Source of the DNA: Candidatus Krumholzibacteriia bacterium
Lineage (GTDB): Bacteria > Krumholzibacteriota > Krumholzibacteriia > LZORAL124-64-63
Assembly: GCA_016744705.1 (NCBI GenBank)
Contig: JADGDU010000014.1
Location: 22,820-86,819 of the forward strand
DNA length: 64,000 nt
Direction: 5' to 3'
Of the stretch, positions 36,185-45,075 are shown one piece after another. The notes under the pieces are model-generated. The model was not told where the DNA came from and did not search any database. It was given only the letters and a program-made list of their open reading frames with translations. Position numbers and translations under genes: made by a program. Each line of letters begins with the position of its first letter. Positions within the stretch are counted from its first letter, which is position 1.

Positions 36185-36709
36185 TTATTTTTGGCGAGAT
36201 TGGTGAAGGGCCATGACCTTGGCTTGGAATTCTGCTTGTACCAAGGGGTCTTCCAGGCGCAATTCATCCTCAACGGGGATTTCCGGGTTGGCCCGCATGT
36301 AGGCCTGGGCAAATAGGCCACGACCTTCGGGCAGGGATTCTCCATTTTCCTGAATGACGGGGACGCGGTACACACCACAACTGGGGCTGCCTTTTTTCAT
36401 AACAAAGCCACAGAGGGCCAGGGGAGCAAGGTCCTGAATTTTGTTCAGAGCCCAGCAATTCATGGATTGGGTCCAGTCTTTGCGGGTGTGGGTTCCGATC
36501 ATCTGGGGAGCGCTTATATCACCTTCCAGGTCTACTGTTTCGCGGGGAACTCCCATGCCCAATTCGCTTTCAGGGCAAACCGGGACCAACTCAAAATGCT
36601 CAGCCAGAGTTTCAGTCACATAACTGTTGCGCCGGTGGCCCCCATCGTACCGGACATTTTCACCCAACAGACAAGCACTGACACCGATGCGGATGATGGG
36701 TTTGCTCAC
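36185..36709 (-). CDS. DUF523 domain-containing protein
   Basis: IGVSACLLGENVRYDGGH...SPSCG is the DUF523 signature. Confidence 0.8.
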   Translation of the reverse strand: MSKPIIRIGVSACLLGENVRYDGGHRRNSYVTETLAEHFELVPVCPESELGMGVPRETVDLEGDISAPQMIGTHTRKDWTQSMNCWALNKIQDLAPLALCGFVMKKGSPSCGVYRVPVIQENGESLPEGRGLFAQAYMRANPEIPVEDELRLEDPLVQAEFQAKVMALHQSRQK

Positions 36710-37563
36710 GGTGAGTGGATCCTTTGCAGATGGTCATTGATGGTGGTGACTTGGTCCTCGCGCCCCAGGGATTGCCAGGCCAGCTTGGCACGACGAAGAT
36801 AGTCTCCCGCTTCATCATTTTCACCAAGGGAAAGAGAAAGAATACCCAACAGTGTCAAATCCTGAGCAATAGAAGAAGGTTTTTGGGTCTTTTTGTCGTG
36901 ATTCAGGGCTCTGCGGGCCTTTTGCAGGGCCATGTCCAGATGGCCTTCGTCTTGATAAAGCAGCGCCAGGGAATAGCAATCGGTGGCTATTCCTTTCAAG
37001 TCTCGGAGGGGCTCGTGCATTTCCAAAGCCTGCAAATAATATGATTCGGCTGTGGCGTTATCCCCCTGCTTTCGGTGAGCCGAGCCCAGGTCGTGAAGCA
37101 AGGTGGCCCGGGTGTTTCCTGGATTTTCCAAAGGCAATTCCAGGGCTGATTTTAGGTAGGTTTGGGCTTCTTGGGGGTGGTTACGGTGTAGTTGAACAGC
37201 ACCCAACCCCCCCAGGGTCTGGGCCAGCAGTTCGGTTTGATTCACACCTGAGGCCGCTTGGTAAGCTTGCTGAAAACAAGCTTCGGCCTGAGGTATTTCA
37301 CCAGTGGCGAGATGGACACGGCCCAGGCTGGAAAGGGCGCGGGCCACTGTAAGTTCGTCATCCACAGAAGCACCGAGGGAGAGGGCCTTGTTCAGGGAAG
37401 CAGCGGCCTTTTTATACTGGCTTGAGTGGTAATATTGGTGACCCTTTTCTAAAAACATGTGAGCCTGGCTGCTTTGTTCCGTGGTTTGCAACGCGTCTTT
37501 AGGCAAGGAAGAGCAACCGGTAATAAGTACAAGGCAGCAGATGGAAATCAGGAGCAGGCGCAT
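36706..37563 (-). CDS. Tetratricopeptide-repeat lipoprotein
   Basis: Start at MRLLLISICCLVLITGC (lipobox). At least six TPR-like A/L/Y-rich repeats. It overlaps the DUF523 start by 4 nt. Confidence 0.75.
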   Translation of the reverse strand: MRLLLISICCLVLITGCSSLPKDALQTTEQSSQAHMFLEKGHQYYHSSQYKKAAASLNKALSLGASVDDELTVARALSSLGRVHLATGEIPQAEACFQQAYQAASGVNQTELLAQTLGGLGAVQLHRNHPQEAQTYLKSALELPLENPGNTRATLLHDLGSAHRKQGDNATAESYYLQALEMHEPLRDLKGIATDCYSLALLYQDEGHLDMALQKARRALNHDKKTQKPSSIAQDLTLLGILSLSLGENDEAGDYLRRAKLAWQSLGREDQVTTINDHLQRIHSP

Positions 37564-37564
37564 G

Positions 37565-38608
37565 TTAGTTTCTCCCGTCCCGATAGCCATCAAATGATCC
37601 GCTGCTTTCCACTTTCGCTGGAATGCCGCCACGCAGCAAGGGGTTGTTCTGAAGGCCCTGCATTACTTTTTCACTCTCTTGCAGAGCCGTGGTTGTCTCT
37701 TCCATGAGGACGGTGATTTCTGGGGTGGATTCACTCATGAAGGTCATCAGGTTTTGAAGTTCTGCCAGGGTTTCGGTGAGATGTTTGTAGAGTTTGGCGT
37801 CATCGTGGAAGAGCTGGGCGGCGCTGCCTTCGGAGCCCAGAAGAGTGGGAACCAAGCCATCAGGATCTTCGAAATTTTGGGACATGACAGTGAGACTTTG
37901 CAGCAGAGGCTTCATTCCTGCAGCCGTGCTATCCAACTGGGAAGCCAAATTTCCAATTTCCAAAACGGCTACATCCAGACCCTGGAATGAGCCGTCCACA
38001 GTGCGCAGCAGTCCGCTGTTCGGCTGGCTTGAATCACCGTTGAGTCTTTGGTCCAATCCCGTCAGGAGCTGGTTCAAGGTATTGATGACGGTACCAACCT
38101 GCGTGACTAAGGGAGGAACCGAAGCCAGAATGGTGGTCATTTCATCTCTTCGCTTGGGTTTGAGGACTTTACCCTGGGTCATCAGCGCCAATCCGGCTGG
38201 CATATCTGTGGAGGGGATAAGAGAACCTTCAGGCAAGCGGTCGCCGCCGTTGATTCCGGGATAGAGCACCAAACTGGAACCAAACCCCAGAGGCTGTACG
38301 GCCAACTCCACAACAGATCCGTCTACAATGCGGTCGGAAAATTCATGATAAATGGAGAAGATGACTGCGACTTTATTGTCTTCTTCAAGGGAAAGACTTT
38401 TGACTCGGCCGATGGCAAAACCGTGCAGCTTCAAATCGAGACCTGCGTTTAATCCTTCGGCGGTGCAAAACACACTTTTGTACTCAAGATCACTTTGGAA
38501 CCACCGCTTGTTGATGCCCACAAAACCCAGGGCTCCAACCAAAAAAAGTGTTCCGGCAAGCACAAACACTCCGACCATTTTATCGGAATGACGAAGCATG
38601 AATTTCAT
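37565..38608 (-). CDS. MlaD/MCE-family periplasmic substrate-binding protein
   Basis: N-terminal TM anchor. MCE core (FCTAEGLNAGLDLKLHGFAIGRVKSL...GSVVEL). Long coiled C-terminus. Confidence 0.8.
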   Translation of the reverse strand: MKFMLRHSDKMVGVFVLAGTLFLVGALGFVGINKRWFQSDLEYKSVFCTAEGLNAGLDLKLHGFAIGRVKSLSLEEDNKVAVIFSIYHEFSDRIVDGSVVELAVQPLGFGSSLVLYPGINGGDRLPEGSLIPSTDMPAGLALMTQGKVLKPKRRDEMTTILASVPPLVTQVGTVINTLNQLLTGLDQRLNGDSSQPNSGLLRTVDGSFQGLDVAVLEIGNLASQLDSTAAGMKPLLQSLTVMSQNFEDPDGLVPTLLGSEGSAAQLFHDDAKLYKHLTETLAELQNLMTFMSESTPEITVLMEETTTALQESEKVMQGLQNNPLLRGGIPAKVESSGSFDGYRDGRN

Positions 38609-38623
38609 GGCGGTGGCGGCTCC

Positions 38624-39364
38624 TTATTCAACAGGTCGACAGGCCAATAGAGATTGGATGTCGGGATGGGGAGAAAGCAGCATCTTATCGCTTTCACCCT
38701 GATCCAAAATTCGACCGTTGTGGAGAATCACCAGATGATCAGCCAGTTCGAAAATGGGCTGGTATTGGTTGCCTGCCAGGATCAAAGTGGTTCCCTTGGC
38801 ACGCAGAGAAACCAATTCATCCTTAATTTTCCGGGCCCAGGAGTTGTCCATGGTAGATGTGGGTTCATCCATGAACAAGGCTTCAGGCTCAGGAATGGTG
38901 GCACGCAGGAAAGAAACAAACTTTTTCTGCCCCTGAGAGATGTCCACCGGTCTCTTTTTGGTATCGACAGAAAAGTCGTACCGCTGTAGCGCTGCTTCAA
39001 TTCTCTGTTTTCTCTCTTGGGGGCGCAGGTGGGGAAATTTGGCGGTTAATGGAAGGTCCAAGTTGGTGGCCAGGTCCATGTTGGCCCATAGGGCTGCATC
39101 CTGGAAAACAAAGCCAGTGCGGGTTTGCATTTGGCGTAACTGCCTCTCAGAGAACGAATCGAGATTGCAATCATCATACAAAACCTGTCCTCTGGTGGCG
39201 GGGATGAGCCCGGCGGCTGTCTTCAGTAAAACACTTAGGCCAGAGCCAGAATTCCCAAGGATGGCGGTGATTTTCCCGGGTTGCAGTTCCAGGTTGATGT
39301 CCTGAAGAACGGGCTGTCCGCCCAACTCTACGGCTACATTTTGCAATTCGATGAACACGCTCAC
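38624..39364 (-). CDS. ABC transporter ATP-binding protein (MlaF-like)
   Basis: Walker A GNSGSGLS. Signature SQGQKKFVS. Walker B LFMDEPTS. The GTG start overlaps the MlaE-like stop (GTGA). Confidence 0.85.
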   Translation of the reverse strand: MSVFIELQNVAVELGGQPVLQDINLELQPGKITAILGNSGSGLSVLLKTAAGLIPATRGQVLYDDCNLDSFSERQLRQMQTRTGFVFQDAALWANMDLATNLDLPLTAKFPHLRPQERKQRIEAALQRYDFSVDTKKRPVDISQGQKKFVSFLRATIPEPEALFMDEPTSTMDNSWARKIKDELVSLRAKGTTLILAGNQYQPIFELADHLVILHNGRILDQGESDKMLLSPHPDIQSLLACRPVE

Positions 39365-40140
39365 CCCAGAAGGAAAAGAACAGTGATGACGGTGCTGGCC
39401 AGAATGCACAGAGTCATGCTGATGCCCAGAGATTGGATGGTTTTTTGAGGCACTTCAGTGACGGCGCGCTGGACTTGAAAGCCGTAATAAGTGGCCACGG
39501 TGGATAGGATTATTCCAAACACAAAACTTTTCAGGAGAGAAGATAGCACATCGCCGGCGCTCATGACCATAACCAGATTTCCCAGGTAATCGCCAATGGG
39601 AAGGCCGTGAATGAGGGAGGCAATCCAGCAGGATCCCAACAACCCGAAGAGGTTGAAATAGAGATTGAGAAAGACCATGGCCACGGTCACGCCAATGACC
39701 CGGGGCGCAGCCAGGTGGTACAGGGGATTGATGCCGGCAGCCACGTAAGCTTCCACTTCGTGATCGACTACCATGTTGCCCAGTTCGGTTGTGATGGCAC
39801 TGCCTGAGCGGGCGGCAATAATCAGGGCGGTCAGCAACGGTCCCAATTCCCGGGTTATTACCAGAATCAGGATTTTGTAGGTGAGTTCGCTCTGGCCAAA
39901 TTTGGGCAAAAGAGAAACACCCTGGATGATGACAGCCGCACCAATGCCCAAAGAAATAACGGCCAGAATGGGTAAAGCTTCCACGCCGGTGAAATAAACT
40001 TGGGAGATGAGGACCGGTGAAGTGATTTTTCGACGAAACAATAAAGAGAGAGATTCTCGATGGAGTACGATGGCGTAGCCCAAGGCAGAGAGGATGTTGT
40101 TCGTGGCATGCCGCATGTTTCGGCCCAGTGTGTTTAACAT
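39361..40140 (-). CDS. ABC transporter permease (MlaE-like)
   Basis: About 259 aa. Five TM helices. RELGPLLTALIIAARSGSAITTELGNM is the MlaE family block. Confidence 0.85.
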   Translation of the reverse strand: MLNTLGRNMRHATNNILSALGYAIVLHRESLSLLFRRKITSPVLISQVYFTGVEALPILAVISLGIGAAVIIQGVSLLPKFGQSELTYKILILVITRELGPLLTALIIAARSGSAITTELGNMVVDHEVEAYVAAGINPLYHLAAPRVIGVTVAMVFLNLYFNLFGLLGSCWIASLIHGLPIGDYLGNLVMVMSAGDVLSSLLKSFVFGIILSTVATYYGFQVQRAVTEVPQKTIQSLGISMTLCILASTVITVLFLLG

Positions 40141-40205
40141 GGGAGAAACTATAAGGGATATCTGGGGGGCGGTCCAGTGGTGAAGAGGGCCAATGGCTGG
40201 GTATT

Positions 40206-41303
40206 TTAGGCTTTGGGAGCCCTCTTTTTAAACCGAGGAGAATTCCCCCACAATCCGTACCCAATTTTCTCGCCAATTCCAGCGATGCGTTTTTCCAGGC
40301 CCATGCGACTCTGCTCTGAGTTTTCGTCGAGACTGGGTTTACCGTCGTACAACTGATACGCTCGCCGGTGCTTGGGGTCCGTCACGTTGGGCATGATGAT
40401 GTTGGCTCCGGCCTGCAGCCCCAACTCCCGGCCCGTATCGCTTAAAGCCTGCAGGGCGGTGGTGGCGGCCATGTTGGCGTCGGGCAGAAGCAGGCGGGCG
40501 CAAGCCAGCATTTTGAGGCCCAATTGAAGTTGAGCGTCTTTGTTGAAGGTGTCCAGGTGGTGGGCTAACGGAGTGTCGCCGTGGGGAATGAAGGGGCCCA
40601 TGCCGATCATATCCACATCCAGTTCTTTGATGTAAAGCAAGTCGTCGGCAAGGTCGGCGTTGGTCTGGTCGGGTAAACCGATCATCACTCCTGTGCCCAC
40701 CTGGTAACCTTCGTTGCGCAAATCATCGAGGCATTGCAGGCGGGGGGCCCAAAGATGGTCTTCAGGATGATACTGGCGGTACAAATCCTGACGACTGGTT
40801 TCAAGCCGCAGCAAGTAGCGGTGGGCACCGGCTTGTCGCCACTGGCGAAGCACCTGGGGGCTTTGTTCACCAAGGGAAAGAGTGACGCCCAATTCACCAT
40901 TGGTGGCTTCGTGCAACTGGTTCAGGGCATCAGTGATATATTGGCTGTGGTTGTCGTTTTGGATCTCGCCCCCTTGCAACACCAATGAGCCATAATGGTT
41001 GTCGTGGGCCCAACGGGCGGCTTGCACAATCTCCTCTATGGAGAGGCGGAACCGGGGAACCTTGGGGTTTGATTTTCGGATGCCGCAGTAAAGGCAATCC
41101 TTTTGGCAGATGTTTGAAATTTCGATCAGGCCACGAAAGTAAACTACTGGCCCGACGTTTTTCTTTTTCACTTCATAGGCGGCGTGAAAAAGGGCTTCGT
41201 ATTCGTTTTCCTCGCTGATGTCCAGAAGGCGGATCAAATCGTCACGCTCGAGAGTCTGGCCCTGGGCAACATGTCCCAAAATGTCTTTGACCTGTTGGGT
41301 CAT
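40206..41303 (-). CDS. hydE: [FeFe]-hydrogenase H-cluster radical-SAM maturase HydE
   Basis: Cx3Cx2C radical-SAM motif CQKDCLYCG. Biotin-synthase-like architecture of about 365 aa. Operonic with hydF and hydG. Confidence 0.85.
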   Translation of the reverse strand: MTQQVKDILGHVAQGQTLERDDLIRLLDISEENEYEALFHAAYEVKKKNVGPVVYFRGLIEISNICQKDCLYCGIRKSNPKVPRFRLSIEEIVQAARWAHDNHYGSLVLQGGEIQNDNHSQYITDALNQLHEATNGELGVTLSLGEQSPQVLRQWRQAGAHRYLLRLETSRQDLYRQYHPEDHLWAPRLQCLDDLRNEGYQVGTGVMIGLPDQTNADLADDLLYIKELDVDMIGMGPFIPHGDTPLAHHLDTFNKDAQLQLGLKMLACARLLLPDANMAATTALQALSDTGRELGLQAGANIIMPNVTDPKHRRAYQLYDGKPSLDENSEQSRMGLEKRIAGIGEKIGYGLWGNSPRFKKRAPKA

Positions 41304-42523
41304 GATACCACCGAGGGCGATTCAAACGGAGCCATGGCCCGAGGCAGAATACCCAAACAAAAGGCAATGGCCAGTCCATAGTTGGTAGCCGGCACACCGG
41401 CTCGTCGGCAATGTCCCAGACGGCTTTGGATTTCCTGACGGTTCATGGTGCAGCCGCCGCAGTGGACCACCAGTTTATAAGGGGAAAGGTCGGTGGCAAA
41501 ATCGTGTCCCTGAACGGTGTCGAAGACCAAGGATCCGCCCACCGCTTCATTCAGCCAACGGGGGAGCTTGACGCGGCCGATGTCATCAGTCTCCACCGGG
41601 TGATGGCTACAGCTTTCGGCCACCAGGACCCGGTCGCCAGGTTGCAGGTTGGCAATGGCGCGAGCGCCGGCTACCTGAGATTCGAAATCGCCACGATGCC
41701 GAGCCATCAAGACCGAAAACCCAGTCATGGGGATGTCCTCGGGGACCATGGCGCTCACCTGAGCAAAAGCCTGGCTGTCGGTCACCACCAGAGCGGGCTT
41801 TTTCCGGAGATTGGCCAAAGCAGATTCCAGCTGAGTTTCTTTGACCACAAGGCAGCAGGAATCACCATCCAACAGATCGCGGATAGCGTTAACCTGGGGC
41901 AGAATGATTCGGCCCACCGGGGCTTCTTTGTCAATGGGAACCACCAAAATGGCTGTTTCTCCGGCGGGTACAAGGTCCCGTACCAGGGGCGGGGTTTTGG
42001 AGCGGCTCTGGGTGGCTGTATCGATAATGGCCAGCCGCAGATCATCAATGCCAGTGCCCCCCGTCACGGACGTGGCCACCCATTTCACTCCCAGCTCATC
42101 AAGCATTTTGGTCATGGCATCTGATGGTAATTCTTTGTCAGCCTGGTTGAGAACCACAATGACCGGGATGCGTCTTTCTTTCATTTCCTCCAGCAATTGC
42201 TCTTCGTGAGAGCCCCAGGCGTTGGTGGTCGTCACCAGCAACACCAACTCGCAACGATCAAGCATGGCCCGGGTTCGGTCCATGCGCAGTTTGCCCAGAT
42301 CACCGGTGTCATCAAGGCCTGCGGTGTCGATCAAAACCACAGGCCCGATGGGCTGCAACTCCATGGGCTTGCTCACCGGATCGGTGGTGGTGCCTGGAGT
42401 ATCGGAAACAATGGCTACATCCTGACGGGTCAGGGCGTTGACAAGGCTGCTTTTACCCACATTGCGCCGGCCATAAAGGCCAATGTGCAGGCGGAACCCG
42501 CGGGTTGCTGTTTGGCGTTTCAT
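41300..42523 (-). CDS. hydF: [FeFe]-hydrogenase H-cluster maturation GTPase HydF
   Basis: N-terminal GTPase (GRRNVGKSSL, DTAG). C-terminal cluster-binding CSHHP...HCGGC motif. Confidence 0.85.
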   Translation of the reverse strand: MKRQTATRGFRLHIGLYGRRNVGKSSLVNALTRQDVAIVSDTPGTTTDPVSKPMELQPIGPVVLIDTAGLDDTGDLGKLRMDRTRAMLDRCELVLLVTTTNAWGSHEEQLLEEMKERRIPVIVVLNQADKELPSDAMTKMLDELGVKWVATSVTGGTGIDDLRLAIIDTATQSRSKTPPLVRDLVPAGETAILVVPIDKEAPVGRIILPQVNAIRDLLDGDSCCLVVKETQLESALANLRKKPALVVTDSQAFAQVSAMVPEDIPMTGFSVLMARHRGDFESQVAGARAIANLQPGDRVLVAESCSHHPVETDDIGRVKLPRWLNEAVGGSLVFDTVQGHDFATDLSPYKLVVHCGGCTMNRQEIQSRLGHCRRAGVPATNYGLAIAFCLGILPRAMAPFESPSVVS

Positions 42524-42532
42524 GCATCGCTC

Positions 42533-43909
42533 CTAGCAGAAAACATCGCGACGGCCGGCACGGATCTTCTCCAGCATGACCTGAGCGCGGCGGCGAGGTT
42601 CGGGGTCCATGGTTTCCAGGGCGTTGGCGATGCTGAGCATACCGGCTTCCTGGGTTTCGGGTTGGGCGTAATCCATCAGATATTCCAGAAAACTGCTCAG
42701 GCCGTTGGGAGCGCAATGGGCTTTGATGTCGCCGGGTTTGGCCAGATCCATGAAGTCGGCTCCGGTGCGCCCGAGACGGTAGCAACCGGTGCAGAATGAT
42801 GGGATGTAACCCAGGCGGGCCACATCGGCCACCACTTCATCGAGAGAACGCACATCACCCAAGCTGAATTGTTCGGCGGTGTGTTTATCGGACGCAGAAT
42901 AGGCACCAGGATTGGTGCGGCTGCCGGCAGAAATTTGAGAGACACCGAGGGCAAAGGTTTCACGCCGAATGTCTGCGGTTTCCCGGGTGGACATGATGAT
43001 ACCTGTGTAGGGGACCATCAGCCGGAGAATGGCTACGATTTTGCGAAAGGCCAAATCAGACACCGGGTTGGGTGGGTTGCTGGCCAAATCGGCTCCGGTT
43101 GCGGGCTCCAGGCGCGGTACGCTGATGGTGTGTGGACCAAAACCGAATTCTTTTTCCAGGTGGCGAATGTGCTGGTGCAGGGCCAGCAGTTCAAATCGCC
43201 AATCAGCCAAGCCGAACAAGACACCAATGCCCACGTCATCAATACCTGCGGAGATGGCCCGATCCATGGCTTGCAGTCGCCAATCATAATCTGTTTTGGC
43301 CCCGCGCAGGTGCACCTTTGAATAAGTTTCACGATGGTAGGTTTCCTGGAAGATTTGGTAGGTGCCGATGTCGTGCTCTTTGAGCCGTTTGAAATCGGCT
43401 TCTTCCAGAGGAGCGACGTTTACGTTCACTCGGCGAATTTCTCCGCTGCCCCGTTTGACGGAGTACACGGTGTCGATGGCGCGTAAAATGTAATCGAAAC
43501 CATCGCGGGGGTAAGCTTCGCCCGCCACCAGAAGAATGCGTTTGTGACCTTCATCAACCAGAGCTGCGGTTTCGGAGGCAATCTCTTCCATGCTCAGGGC
43601 ACGGCGATTGAGGCCTCGGTTGCTGCTACGGAATGCACAGTAAGCGCAGTCATTTTTACAGAGATTGGAAACGTAAAGGGGGGTAAATAAGACCAAACGG
43701 TGGCCATAAATTTCCGCTTTGACATCGCGCGCTGCCCGGAAGAGTTCGCCCAGCAATTCAGGGTCACTAATATTGCAAAGAGCCGCTACGTCGTCGGCCT
43801 CCAGGCCTTCAAGCTTTCGGGCCCTGGCCAGGATTTCAGTAATATCGGATTCGCTCTTCTGTCCACCCCGTTGTAGGGATTTCTCGATGTTTCCTTCGTC
43901 GATTTTCAT
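42533..43909 (-). CDS. hydG: [FeFe]-hydrogenase H-cluster radical-SAM maturase HydG
   Basis: CKNDCAYCAF (Cx3Cx2C). ThiH-like core. C-terminal Cx2Cx22C (CTGC...KAHC). About 458 aa. Confidence 0.85.
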   Translation of the reverse strand: MKIDEGNIEKSLQRGGQKSESDITEILARARKLEGLEADDVAALCNISDPELLGELFRAARDVKAEIYGHRLVLFTPLYVSNLCKNDCAYCAFRSSNRGLNRRALSMEEIASETAALVDEGHKRILLVAGEAYPRDGFDYILRAIDTVYSVKRGSGEIRRVNVNVAPLEEADFKRLKEHDIGTYQIFQETYHRETYSKVHLRGAKTDYDWRLQAMDRAISAGIDDVGIGVLFGLADWRFELLALHQHIRHLEKEFGFGPHTISVPRLEPATGADLASNPPNPVSDLAFRKIVAILRLMVPYTGIIMSTRETADIRRETFALGVSQISAGSRTNPGAYSASDKHTAEQFSLGDVRSLDEVVADVARLGYIPSFCTGCYRLGRTGADFMDLAKPGDIKAHCAPNGLSSFLEYLMDYAQPETQEAGMLSIANALETMDPEPRRRAQVMLEKIRAGRRDVFC

Positions 43910-45075
43910 GAACTCTCTCCGCTGGGAACAGGTTTGTTTGAATGTCCGGTTCGGGACAAGGTGGCTGTGAAGGTTGTGCCCTGGTTTTCTTGGCTGGACA
44001 CGGTGACCCGGCCGCCGTTCAGATGCACCAGGCGCTGCATAATACTCAAACCCAGGCCACTGCCTTCAATGAGCCGGGTTTTGTCATTCTTTATACGTAC
44101 AAATTCGCCAAACAGGCGACCCACTTCTTCTTCGGTCATACCGATGCCGGTATCGCTGACACTGATAGTGACGTATTCCTCGTCGCTGTCCAACTTGATG
44201 AAAACCTGCCCACCATCGCTGTTGTATTTCACTGCGTTGGAAACCAGATTGTTGAGGATGATTTCGAGTTCGGAATAGACACCCTGCATGATAGTGCTGT
44301 TTGTGCATTCCGCTTCCAGGGAAATATTTCGACTTTGTGCTTGAGGTTGAAATGTTTCCATAACTTTTTCTACCAATTGAGCAGGGTCAACCTCAGTCAA
44401 AACCCGTTCTTTTTGGCGAGATTCAATGCGGGTCAAATCCAGCATATCGTAGATGAGTTTGCGCATGCCCTCGAGCCGTACCAGGCTGCGGCCGATGATG
44501 CGAGCGGTGGCCTCGGGGTTGTTGGCGGTGATGCCTTCATCAAGCAAACGAAGGTAGCCCTCCACGGCCCCCAGGGGCGCCTTCAATTCATGAGCCAAAA
44601 TCGAGAGGAACTCAAAACGCACCCGGTGTTTTTCCCCGGCCAGTTTGCGGGCCGTACGCTCCACCATCAAATGGCGGGACGCTTTCACCACCACTTCCTT
44701 CAACTCTTTGGGCGTGAAGGGCTTGGCCAGGAAGTCATAGGCGCCTTTTTTGGTGGCCTTGACGGCCATTTCCAGAGAGGCATAAGCCGTGATCATCACC
44801 ACCATGGTGGTGGATTTCTGGGCCTGCAACTCAGTCAGAATTTCCATACCTGTAACCCGGGGCATGCCATGGTCCAAAAGCACCAGATCAAAGTGATCCT
44901 GGGCCAAAATCTCTCTGGCCTCGAACCCATCTGTAGCCAACCGTATGTTCAAGGTGAAGGTGCCTTGGCCATGAGGTTCCGTGACAGTGAGGCCTTCCAG
45001 GGCCCGGGCCATGCCCGTGCGCATACCGACCTCATCGTCGGCAATTAAAACCTGTAGAACATGGTTGTCAGTCAT
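43906..45075 (-). CDS. REC-domain / histidine-kinase hybrid (receiver at the N-terminus, HisKA plus HATPase_c at the C-terminus), no output domain
   Basis: Start at the second ATG after AGGAGA. REC (LIADDE...LLDHGMP...AKPF). HisKA (LSILAHELKAPL). HATPase_c (GSGLGLSI). It overlaps hydG by 4 nt and the upstream sensor kinase stop by 8 nt. Confidence 0.8.
   Translation of the reverse strand: MTDNHVLQVLIADDEVGMRTGMARALEGLTVTEPHGQGTFTLNIRLATDGFEAREILAQDHFDLVLLDHGMPRVTGMEILTELQAQKSTTMVVMITAYASLEMAVKATKKGAYDFLAKPFTPKELKEVVVKASRHLMVERTARKLAGEKHRVRFEFLSILAHELKAPLGAVEGYLRLLDEGITANNPEATARIIGRSLVRLEGMRKLIYDMLDLTRIESRQKERVLTEVDPAQLVEKVMETFQPQAQSRNISLEAECTNSTIMQGVYSELEIILNNLVSNAVKYNSDGGQVFIKLDSDEEYVTISVSDTGIGMTEEEVGRLFGEFVRIKNDKTRLIEGSGLGLSIMQRLVHLNGGRVTVSSQENQGTTFTATLSRTGHSNKPVPSGESS

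Noticed and set aside
39455-40276. 273-aa minus-strand ORF overlapping the MlaE-like gene in another frame
   Set aside because: Its composition is Arg/Pro/His/Gly-rich. It overlaps a bona fide conserved permease. The MlaE frame carries the family motifs.
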